A DNA stretch of 64,000 bases from an uncultured Chthonomonadaceae bacterium (GTDB taxonomy: Bacteria; Armatimonadota; Chthonomonadetes; Chthonomonadales; Chthonomonadaceae): NCBI GenBank assembly GCA_963817895.1, contig CAWFQB010000010.1, positions 96,001-160,000 on the forward strand, given 5' to 3'. Shown piece after piece: positions 52,726-62,007 of this stretch. The position numbers and the translations under genes are program-made. Under the pieces are notes generated by a model. That model made no database searches. It saw only the letters and a list, made by a program, of their open reading frames with translations, and was not told the DNA's origin. Numbering within the stretch: the stretch's first letter is position 1; the number at the start of each line of letters is the position of its first letter.

Positions 52726-52878
52726 CAGCTTCTCCTTTCTGCGAGAAAATCAGCGTTTGCGCGCTGACCACTCGAGTTTGATTTGGGAGTGTGGCGTTGG
52801 CGCGCTGCACTCCCGTTTTATTTTACCTCCTCGCTCGCTTGTTTTTACCTCACTCCACCCGTCCTGCCCGACAACTTC

Positions 52879-52916
52879 AATGAGCGGGTCCGCTGCGTAG
52901 CGGACCCGCTTCATTA
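52879..52916. repeat. strong palindrome/hairpin
   Basis: AATGA-GCGGGTCCGCT-gcgt-AGCGGACCCGC-TTCATT. Confidence 0.6.
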
Positions 52917-52989
52917 CGCCAGAGGAGGGGCTTTTCTTGCCTGGAAAATCAACGTAAATCATGCAAAATATATAGAAATATTATCGCGG

Positions 52990-53018
52990 TTGCGGCGCGT
53001 TCCTGAGACTGGTACAAT
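52990..53018 (+). promoter_or_regulatory. putative extended -10 promoter of the YyaL-like gene
   Basis: TTGCGG, 17 nt, TACAAT preceded by TGn. Confidence 0.5.
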
Positions 53019-53074
53019 GGTTTATCAATATATTTATCACCCATTGACTTTGAGAATAAGGATGAACATTCGAT

Positions 53075-55154
53075 ATGAACGCCGTGAAACATACCAACCG
53101 CTTGGCGCAGGAAACCAGTCCGTACCTGCTTCAGCATGCCCATAATCCCGTAGACTGGTTTGCGTGGGGTGAAGAGGCGTTTGCGCTTGCCCGAACTGAG
53201 AACAAGCCAATTTTGCTGTCTGTCGGCTATTCCGCGTGTCACTGGTGTCACGTCATGGAACGCGAGAGTTTTGAAAACGAGGCTATTGCCGCGATTATGA
53301 ACCGCGAGTACGTGTGCATCAAGGTAGACCGCGAAGAGCGCCCGGATGTGGACGCCATTTATATGAGCGCGGTGCAGTTGATGACAGGACAGGGCGGCTG
53401 GCCTATGACCGTGTTTATGACGCCGGATGGCAAGCCGTTCTTTGGCGGCACGTATTTCCCGCCCGAAGATATGTACGGACGCCCCGGCTTTCCTCGTATT
53501 CTGGAAGCCGTCGCGACTGCATGGCAGACGGAACAGGCGGGCATCGAGGCGCAATCCGACACCATCCTGTCCCACATGGATCAGGGCAACGATTTGACAC
53601 GCGATTTGCAGGACAGTCTCTTAACGCCTAAAATTCTGGAAAACGCTTATACAACGCTTTCTTCCTCATTCGACCGGCAGCACGGCGGGTTCGGCAATGC
53701 CCCGAAGTTCCCGCAGCCCGCCAATCTGGATTTTCTGCTCCGCTTCCACGCGCGCAGCAAGCGTCAGGAACCCCTGCAAATGGTGGAAAAGACGCTGCAA
53801 AAAATGGCATTGGGCGGCATGTACGATCAGTTGGGCGGCGGTTTCCATCGTTACAGCACAGATCAAGTCTGGCTTGTCCCTCATTTCGAGAAAATGCTGT
53901 ACGACAACGCGCAGCTTGCGCAAACGTATGCCCATGCGTTCCAAATCACGGGCAAAGCGTTTTACAAGGGCGTGGCGGAAGAGACATTGGAATATGTTCT
54001 GCGCGAAATGACCAGCGTGGAGGGCGGCTTTTACTCGGCGCAGGACGCGGACAGCGAGGGCGAAGAGGGCAAATTCTTCGTATGGACGCCCGAAGAGGTG
54101 ACGGCCATTTTGGGCGAACAGGACGCCAAAGTGTTCAATGCCTTTTACGACGTAAGCAAGGGCGGCAACTGGGAAGGCAACAACATCCTGCACGTTGTTA
54201 TGGATGCGAAGGACGTAGCGCAGCAGTTCGGTTTAACGGTGGAACAGGCCGCGCAAATTCTGGACAAGGCCCGCATCGCAATGCTGCAAGCCCGCGAAGC
54301 AGCGCGTGAAGCCCGGACTGGACGATAAAATTCTGACCGCATGGAACGGCCTGATGCTGGCCGCGTTTGCCGAGTGCGGCGCGATCTTCAACCGTCAGGA
54401 TTTCATAGACGCGGCGGTTAAGAACGCCGACTTTATTTTGAGCGAGTTGGCGCAGCCGGACGACAAAACGCGCTTATTGCGAACCTACCGCAATGGGCAG
54501 GCGAAACTGAACGGCTACCTGGAGGATTACGCCTTTTATGCCGATGGCCTGCTGCATCTGTATCAGGCAACTTTTGACACAAAATGGCTGGCTGAAGCGC
54601 AGACGCTTGCCGACACCATGCTGGAACATTTCTGGGACGAGGCGCATAGCGGTTTTTACACGACCAGCAACGACCACGAACAACTGGTACAACGCCTGAA
54701 AGATTTGGACGACAACGCCACGCCAAGCGGCAATTCCGTTGGCGTGGAAGTTCTGCTCAAACTATGGGCATTTACGGGGGGTGAGCGGTATCAGCAAGCC
54801 GCCGCCCGCGTGTTGCGCAAACTCGGTCCGGTTCTGGAAAAGCATCCCTACGGTTTCGCCCGACTGCTCGGCGCGTTGGATTTGTATCTTGCTGGCCCGC
54901 AGGAAATCGGACTGCGCGGCGAACCGTCCGATCCAATCACGCAGGCCATGCTCCGCGCCGCCTTCACGCCCTTCCTGCCCAACAAGGTAATCGGCTTACT
55001 GCCAAATACCAACGCCGCCGGAAACAATATTGCGTTCCTCAATGACCGTCCCGCCGTGAATGGTCAGCCGACTGCGTATGTGTGCCAGAAGTTCGCCTGC
55101 AAAGCGCCTGTTACGACTACGGAAGCCCTTGTGAGACAGTTACAGGAGGGATAA
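53075..55154 (+). CDS. thioredoxin-domain YyaL/SSP411 (DUF255) family protein (frameshift near 54300)
   Basis: [73 protein letters not shown]. Confidence 0.93.
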
Positions 55155-55174
55155 TTCACCACCCGCTGCGCTAG

Positions 55175-55305
55175 AGACACAGAGGCGCAGAGGAAAAGCC
55201 AGTACGAGAAGGAGATACGAGAGGGAACCGCGAAATACACGAAATACACCAAAAATCAAAACGAAATAGACAGGATTAACAGAGTTTTCAGGATTAACAG
55301 GATCT
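55175..55305. repeat. cluster of 9-nt tandem repeats (CACAGAG.., CGAAATACA, CAGGATTAA units)
   Basis: Read directly; related reverse-complement units occur near 58005-58030 and 58640-58722. Confidence 0.6.
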
Positions 55306-55315
55306 TCGTACAAAC

Positions 55316-55645
55316 AGTCTTCGTTGATTTGGGCGCGGAAAGGCCACTCGCGGCGGAAAAGAGGGGCGCAAGATTGCCGTTGAGATCAAGGGATACAATC
55401 CTTTGTCGCCCATTTACGCCATACAAAGAGCGTTGGGCCAGTATCTTTTTTATCGCTATCTCGTGCAGCAGCGGCAACCTGAGCGTGTTGTTTGGCTTGC
55501 GCTACCGCAGCAGACATTGGAATTGTTTGAGCAGGAACCCGAAATTGGCGACATGATGCAGTATTATGGCGTGTTCAGGCTCATCTATGATGCAGAAGAG
55601 GAGACGATTATTCAATGGATCGAACCGAACGCTACCGAATCGTAA
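55316..55645 (+). pseudogene. xisH: XisH family protein, 5'-truncated and frameshifted
   Basis: FVDLGAERPLAAEK.. / KIAVEIK / ALGQYLFYR..Q.QPERVVWLALP..IYDAEEETIIQWI; the N-terminal part is missing. Confidence 0.7.
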
Positions 55646-55950
55646 TCAAGGAACTGCTTCAAGAAGTGGCAGGCTACGTGCCTTCCACAGACAGCGTTCG
55701 CACGGAACTTCTGTTTGACGATGAGCGCGGGCATTATCAACTCTGCGTTGTGGGGTGGGAAGGAAAAAAGCGCGTCCATAATATTATGATGCACTTCGAC
55801 CTCATAGACGGCAAGATATGGGTTCAGGAGAACGCAACGGATATTGATATTGAACACTACTTTTTTCAGGCAGGTGTCCTCTTCGAACATATTATGCCGG
55901 GATTGGTTTCGCCGGAAGAGCGGCAGTACTCCGGTCTTGCTGCCGCCTGA
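55615..55950 (+). CDS. xisI: XisI family protein
   Basis: MDRTERYR..IKELL; LLFDDERGHYQL..VGW...RV....HFDLIDGKIWVQEN.T. Confidence 0.88.
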   Translation: MDRTERYRIVIKELLQEVAGYVPSTDSVRTELLFDDERGHYQLCVVGWEGKKRVHNIMMHFDLIDGKIWVQENATDIDIEHYFFQAGVLFEHIMPGLVSPEERQYSGLAAA

Positions 55951-56099
55951 CTAGACTAATCGCTTGTACGGCTTCGTTACAACAAACTGTTCATCCGCAA
56001 GCACCTGAAACTTGCCAAACTTCCGCTCCTCCCAGGTAATGAACAATACCGACAGTTCTTTGAACGGTACATGACTTTGATTCAATTTCAGGGTATCAA

Positions 56100-56380
56100 A
56101 TAACGCCCCAATTCTGCCGCAGCGCGAGGCGGAACTTCTTGCAGGCATGGCGCAAACCGCTAAGTATGAGGGACAAGCCCGCTACCACGACTTGAACGCA
56201 GAGTTGGGACACTGCGTCCTGACACCGGGCGAACAAAGCGAACTGCGCGAACTCATCGCCCTCTCCCAAGCGCAAACCGCGCAACGACTTTCCCTGTTGC
56301 TTGAGTTGTCTCAACTGCGCCGTATTTCGCTTTCCACTCTGATGAAACAACTGCAAATCAAGGCGCCCGGCGTCGTCTGA
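56100..56380 (+). pseudogene. C-terminal remnant of a helical hypothetical protein of the type often found before HNH nucleases
   Basis: LPQREAELL...RYHDL......LTPGEQSEL..L.......QRL..L.EL.QLR.ISL.TLM.QL.I; no clear start. Confidence 0.45.
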
Positions 56381-56456
56381 ATATGTATCGAAGCGGCTCC
56401 GCGCGGAGATTGCCCGCCACGCAGGAGGCCGTTGTAAATACTGTCGAAAGAGTATT
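56373..56456 (+). pseudogene. N-terminal remnant of an HNH endonuclease
   Basis: SSEYVSKRLRAEIARHAGGRCKYCRK resembles the HNH N-terminal CxYC knuckle; the rest is absent. Confidence 0.5.
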
Positions 56457-57953
56457 ATGAACGAACGCTTTAGAAGAATATCGCGGCTTTTGAGTGTTGT
56501 TGCGTTTCTTACGCTTGCCAATGCCGTGTACTCGCAGGCACGGACAGAGGAAGGCGCCGAAACCCGCTATCTGGCCTTTCAAGTGTTCACCGGTTCGCCC
56601 GACCCGGCAGTACCCATTGGCGATTCGGGGCTGCTTCCGCTCGGCCCTATCCCTTCGCAAGACGAACTGAGCGCGTTTGTTCAGGACGTTGTTCACCGGG
56701 TTGGCAGGAGTGGCGATAAACATACCCATCTGGCAATCATCTTCGGCCCGCTGTCGTTTGACCATTCTGATACGGAGGCGCGACACCTCGTCGCGTCGGC
56801 CTTTGCTATCGCTTTGAAACAGAACGTCGCCATCGGGTTTCATCTGGACGATTCGATGTTCTGGGCGCGGCGCGCCGACCTGTTGCGCAGCCCGGATAAT
56901 GTAGAATGGCTGGACTGGAACGGAACGCCATCAACCGGGCGGCGCATTGAGTGGGGGCCGCAGCCCAAAAAGATTCCGCCACAGATGTGTTTCAACAGCA
57001 AATCAGTTCAGGCCGAAGTACGGCGACGCGCCACTGAAGTCATCGGCAAAGCCATCAAAGTGGGTGTAGACCAACTCCGGCAACAGAGAAAAGAAGACCT
57101 TTTCGTGGGCGTGATTGCGGGATGGGAAACGCAAATTGGGCAGGACTTCGACACGGGGCGCTATTTGGGCTACCATGCGCTTACCAATCGCGGTTTCAGC
57201 AAGAATCATCTGCCTCCCGATATGGATAAAGAGCGCGAAAAGATCGTGCAGGAGTTTATTAACGTCTGGTGCAAAGGGCTTGCGGACGCGGGGATTCCAA
57301 CCGACAAAATATACTCGCACACCGCTTTTTTGTCGCGCCGGTTATTCGAGGGACAGCCTGCGCAGACCGTTTCTTACTCGGAACACAACCATTTCGCGTC
57401 GCCGTCCATCGCTTTTGGGCCGTCGCATCGTCCCGGCTTCAGCACGTATCCGCAGCCCGGACTTTTCGAGCAAATCTATGCGGAAACCGCGCAGCGCGGT
57501 CAGACCGGGTGGGCCTCCAGTGAAGGCACGAACTTGCAGCTCGGCAGCGGGCCGGGGCAGTCGGGCATGAACATGGAAACCTATCTGGCGAAGATGTTCA
57601 ATCATGGGGCTACGCTGGTAAATATTTTCTCGTGGGGCGTTGGCGGCGAAGCGAACAGGAAAATAGACTTTCGCGTGGTGACGGAGGGGGAAGAAGCCCT
57701 GAACGCCTATCGGAAGTTTTTGCAGGGCGAACGGCTTGTGGAAACCGTGTCCACCTCAACCTCCTATCTGGAGCGGCTTCCCGCCAAAATCCATCGTATA
57801 CAGCAGGAGTTGCCCGCATGGATTCAGAAAACCGGGAAGCAGGCGCAGGCCGAACCGTTGATGCGCAAATTGGAGGCCGCGCTGAAAGCCAACAACTTTA
57901 CGGAAGCGGAACAGACTGCCGATAGTCTCTTGAAACTGCTGGCCTCCCCATAA
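56457..57953 (+). CDS. secreted hypothetical protein, possibly a glycoside-hydrolase-like TIM barrel
   Basis: Signal peptide; GFHLDD, VGVIAGWET and GWASSEG spacing is reminiscent of clan GH-A glutamates (inference). Confidence 0.6.
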   Translation: MNERFRRISRLLSVVAFLTLANAVYSQARTEEGAETRYLAFQVFTGSPDPAVPIGDSGLLPLGPIPSQDELSAFVQDVVHRVGRSGDKHTHLAIIFGPLSFDHSDTEARHLVASAFAIALKQNVAIGFHLDDSMFWARRADLLRSPDNVEWLDWNGTPSTGRRIEWGPQPKKIPPQMCFNSKSVQAEVRRRATEVIGKAIKVGVDQLRQQRKEDLFVGVIAGWETQIGQDFDTGRYLGYHALTNRGFSKNHLPPDMDKEREKIVQEFINVWCKGLADAGIPTDKIYSHTAFLSRRLFEGQPAQTVSYSEHNHFASPSIAFGPSHRPGFSTYPQPGLFEQIYAETAQRGQTGWASSEGTNLQLGSGPGQSGMNMETYLAKMFNHGATLVNIFSWGVGGEANRKIDFRVVTEGEEALNAYRKFLQGERLVETVSTSTSYLERLPAKIHRIQQELPAWIQKTGKQAQAEPLMRKLEAALKANNFTEAEQTADSLLKLLASP

Positions 57954-58031
57954 ATTTTCATCACAACGCGCCCTGTTTGTTCTTTTTTGTATTCTGTTCT
58001 TTTTTCGTTTATTTCGCGTGTTTGGCGATTT

Positions 58032-58613
58032 CTACTCTCTTCTCCTCTCTATTCCGGCAAGCAGTTCATTGCGGTGGGCGGCGAACTCTTCCTCTGACAG
58101 CGCAGGCGTCAAGTTGTGAAGAGGAAGCGGGCGGTCGAGTGTAACCCATGATTTACAGCCGACATATGCGGCCTGCATATCCAGCGTGACGGGGTTGGGC
58201 AGGTTGTAAACGCGCAGGATGAGCAGGTACAGCGGGTCGTAGGGATTAAAGTCGAAGCGCTGCTTTACGTAAGCGGCGTTCCAGATGTGGCTGTCGGCAA
58301 GCGCATTTACCTGCGCATCATCCCGCGCCTGTAAAATGGTGTCCACAATGGCGTACGCGGAAATCGTGACTCTGTCCGAGTCGCTCGGCTCGGCTTGCAG
58401 GGCGTGAAGGCGCGACACCCATTCCGGTTGTAATAGCGCGGCGTCCTGATGCTCATACGTGGGCATCAGGAAGAACTCGCGGTCTGTAATGGTAAAGTTT
58501 CCCTCTTCCTCGCGTATCCCGCCCTTGCGAATCAGCAGGATTTGCTTTCCGCACTGCAACGCCTCACAGGAAACCGCCCACTCCTTAAACGCCCGGTCAC
58601 ATTCTGCTTTCAT
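58032..58613 (-). CDS. DUF1802 family protein
   Basis: AFKEWA..C.AL..G.QILL.RKGGI.E; F.L.PTYEHQ; Y.GCKSWV. Confidence 0.9.
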   Translation of the reverse strand: MKAECDRAFKEWAVSCEALQCGKQILLIRKGGIREEEGNFTITDREFFLMPTYEHQDAALLQPEWVSRLHALQAEPSDSDRVTISAYAIVDTILQARDDAQVNALADSHIWNAAYVKQRFDFNPYDPLYLLILRVYNLPNPVTLDMQAAYVGCKSWVTLDRPLPLHNLTPALSEEEFAAHRNELLAGIERRRE

Positions 58614-58742
58614 TGAGATTGCTCTCCCTTTCTCGTCTTTTCTCGTTTATTTCGCGTGTAATGCGGTACTCTCTCCTCAATTTCCTCTTCTTTTCTCTGT
58701 GAAGTCTCTGTGTCTCTGTGGTGAACCGTATTTTCGTTTTTG

Positions 58743-60431
58743 CTAATCGGCGGATTCGCAGCCGTGCCGGAGTACGTTCAACGCGCTTTTGGCTTGCGGG
58801 GCGATGACGGCGGTGACGCGGGTATGGGGTTCCAATCGGGTGTCGGCAATCGGAACCCATTCGCGGCTGCCCTCCCGGCAACTGATAAGGATGCAGCCGG
58901 GGGGCAAGCCGAGTTCGCGCACCAGTTTGCCCGCGAACGGCGCGTTCGGCTCCACTTCCAGTTCCAGCACGAGGGGTTCTTTGGGATCGGGAAGCGGGCC
59001 GCCGCGCAATAGATCGCGTTCCAGCAGGTTCTCGTAAATGGGCAGTTCGCCCAACCCTTCGGCAACCGCATACGCGCCGAAACACGCCACGAGCAGGGGC
59101 AGCATCTGCGCGTAATTGCCGGTCATTTCAATAATCAGCACGATGCCGGTCAGCGGGGCGCGAACAATGGCGGTGAAGTACGCGGCCATGCCCACGACGG
59201 CGAAAATGGCGGGATTGGGAACCAGATGCGGGAACAACTGCCCCGTCACTTTGCCGATTCCTAATCCTATCAGCGCGCCAAGCACGAGCAGGGGCGCGAA
59301 AATGCCGCCCGGAGCGCCTGTGCCGTAACTCGCCATTGAAAGGACGAAGCGCAGCCCGAACCAGAGCGGTATGGCCCATAATGCGGCGTTGCCATCCAGA
59401 AACATTTCCGCAAGTCCGTGTCCACCCCCAACACTCAGGGGTGAAAACCACGCGACTAATCCCACCAGCCCGCCCGCGACAATGGCGGGAAGCAGGCGCA
59501 GGCGTTCCGGCAGGCGGGCGACAAGATTGAGCGTGGCGATAAGCGAACGGTTGTACAACACGCCGAGCAGTCCGCACGCAATGCCGAGCAGGGCGAAAGC
59601 GGGCAGTACGCTCAGGTCGGGAACCGGATAACTCGGAACACGGAACACGGGAACCTGCCCGGACGCGAAACGCGCCACAATGTCCCCGGTTGCCGCCGCG
59701 ACAAAAGCCGCGCCGAAAACCGCCTGCCGAAAATCTTTTTGCACCTCTTCCAGCACGAAGATCAGGCCGGCAAGCGGCGCGTTGAACGCGGCGGCTAACC
59801 CGGCTCCCGCGCCCGCCGCCATCAGCGTCAGGCGGTCACGCTGCCCGACATTCAGCCAACTCGCCACTGCCGCGCCCACCGCGCCGCCCATCTGCACGGT
59901 CGGCCCCTCCCGTCCCAACGCCAGTCCGCTCCCCAGCGCCAACGCGCCGCCGAAGAACTTTACGGGCAGAACGCGCTTCCAATTCAGTTCACGCAAACGG
60001 TGCAGCACGGCCTCTAAATGCGGGATGCCGCTGCCGGACGCTTCCGGCGCGTAACGGCGAACAAGGTAAACCGAAGCCGTCGCGCCCGCCATGCCGAACA
60101 AAACGGGAAATATCCAGCCAAACACGGGCCAGTGATGGGCGCGGACAAGCAGCAGGTTACGCAGGTTGTCCCCGCCGGTTAAAATCGCCCGGAACGCAAC
60201 CGCCAGCAGTCCCGCCAGCAATCCCACAAGCGCGGCGCGGGGGAACAGGCGGCGGCGCTGCTGCTGAAAACTCAGATAGTCCTGTATTTCGGAGCGTACC
60301 TGCGCGGAGGACGCTTCTACTTCCGCCACCGTTGCTTTTCCTTCAGTTGTGGCAGTATTCACGTCTCGCGCGGCAGTGGAAGCGTTTTCCGCAACCGTTT
60401 CTATGGATTCGTCGGCGTGTTCTGGTTTCAC
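58743..60431 (-). CDS. clcA: ClC-type H+/Cl- exchange transporter with a C-terminal TrkA-C domain
   Basis: GSGIP; GREGP (gating Glu); FVLEEV (proton Glu); GGIFAP; PIYE; GKLVRELGLPPGC. Confidence 0.92.
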   Translation of the reverse strand: MKPEHADESIETVAENASTAARDVNTATTEGKATVAEVEASSAQVRSEIQDYLSFQQQRRRLFPRAALVGLLAGLLAVAFRAILTGGDNLRNLLLVRAHHWPVFGWIFPVLFGMAGATASVYLVRRYAPEASGSGIPHLEAVLHRLRELNWKRVLPVKFFGGALALGSGLALGREGPTVQMGGAVGAAVASWLNVGQRDRLTLMAAGAGAGLAAAFNAPLAGLIFVLEEVQKDFRQAVFGAAFVAAATGDIVARFASGQVPVFRVPSYPVPDLSVLPAFALLGIACGLLGVLYNRSLIATLNLVARLPERLRLLPAIVAGGLVGLVAWFSPLSVGGGHGLAEMFLDGNAALWAIPLWFGLRFVLSMASYGTGAPGGIFAPLLVLGALIGLGIGKVTGQLFPHLVPNPAIFAVVGMAAYFTAIVRAPLTGIVLIIEMTGNYAQMLPLLVACFGAYAVAEGLGELPIYENLLERDLLRGGPLPDPKEPLVLELEVEPNAPFAGKLVRELGLPPGCILISCREGSREWVPIADTRLEPHTRVTAVIAPQAKSALNVLRHGCESAD

Positions 60432-61826
60432 GAGGCTGCGCTCCTGCCGGATTGCGCGTGATCGGAGCCGTCAGGAGAGCGCGAAAGGCCATTGCCGGAA
60501 GCGGCGGAGGCAAGACTTGCAAGGGCTTCGGGCATGTTCTGGATAATCACGGTTTGAATATCGGTGGGCATGGAGATATGTTCGTGGTCGAAGGCGTCCT
60601 TCACGCGCCGCATACACCGGCTGCCGACGCGCATGTAATCAGCTCGCTGCGAACTGGCATAAAAGCGGATGCGCAGATTGACCGTTGAGGCGGCGAGTTC
60701 ATCAATCAGCACATCGGGCGGCGGGTCTTCCGCCACGCCATCGGTGCCGCGAACGGTTTCCAGCGCCACTTCCTGCGCCCGGTCAATGTCGTCCTCATAG
60801 CCGATGCCGATAATAAATTCGCGCCGCCGGTGCGGACTGGCCGTGTTCGATGTGACAATGGACGTAAATACGTCGCCGTTAGGGATAATTACGAGCCGGT
60901 TGTCATAGGTGCGCAGGTACAGGGCGCGGAGTTCGATACGCTCTACCGTGCCTTCAAACTCCTTGACGACAATCTGATCCCCGATGTGGAACTGCCGCCC
61001 CATCAGCAGCATAAAGCCCGCGAAGAAATGCGACAGTATATCCTTGAAGGCGAAGCCAAGCACAAAGCCGGAAATTCCCAGCGTGGTGGCGATGCTACCG
61101 CTATCCAGTCCGATTGTGGACAAAATGGCGAGCGCCCCCACTGTCCACGTTCCGTAAAACGTGAGCGCGATAAATAATTGTCGCAGATTGGCGTCGAAGC
61201 GGGCGTGGGAGATCAGGAACTTCGCGATTTTTCTATTGATGCGGGCCAGCCCCCAGAAGATAAAGGTGAGGACTATAGCCCCGGCGAAGTGCGGAATCCA
61301 GCGCAGCACAGACGCCAACAGGTCGGAAAACGAGTTGCGAATGAGTATGCCCGCGCCCGTCACCGGGTTACTGTGCGCGGTGCGCAGCGTCAATCACGGC
61401 CCGCGCCATTTTCTCGCCCCATTTTTGCGCCAACGCCTGCCGGGTGGTCAGCGCGTCCTGCGCGTCCGCGTCCGTAATGGTCATTACGGTGTCGCCGCCG
61501 ATCTGAACGATTGTCTGATTGTCCTTCTCCTGCAAATCCTGCGGCGAAAACGGCGGCACGTCGTTGGTGCGCAAAATCAGGTTGACCAGACGGCGGTGTA
61601 TTTTGTCGGCGCGTTCGGCAGCCGTCAGGCCACTCCCGGCAAGCACATCGAACAGTTTACGATTGTCCAGTTTTACAGAGGCGTAGGCTCCCGCAGGCGC
61701 GGCAGGCGCGCTGCTGTCCGGGGCTGTGCCTCCCGGCGTCTGCGCCCGGATAATTACGGGAAGAAGTAATCCAAACACAACAAGCGCAAACAGGGTGACA
61801 AGGGTAAGGCGTCGAACCAATTTCAT
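60428..61826 (-). CDS. MscS mechanosensitive channel with an N-terminal extracytoplasmic domain (frameshift near 61385)
   Basis: LGFAFKDILSHFFAG; F.IGD.I; GTVERI.LR..; IIPNG; IGIGYEDD; the upstream ORF has a signal peptide and AERA..I...L / TITDADA motifs. Confidence 0.85.
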
Positions 61827-62007
61827 ACGATTTCCTTTTGAATACAGCGTAAAGGAGTGTTCCTGTCGTAAATACGTCAGGAACACTCCTAATGTTGTCT
61901 GTCTGCTCATGCCTGCCATCATACATGCTCACGAGTCAGTCTGGCGCGTTTGTCGGGGCGCGTAATTTCCAGAGAACAATCGTAATCTACCAGAACGCAA
62001 CGGGGCT

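Noticed and set aside
55951..56148. 65-aa minus-strand ORF after xisI
   Set aside because: No recognisable motif or SD; overlaps another remnant.
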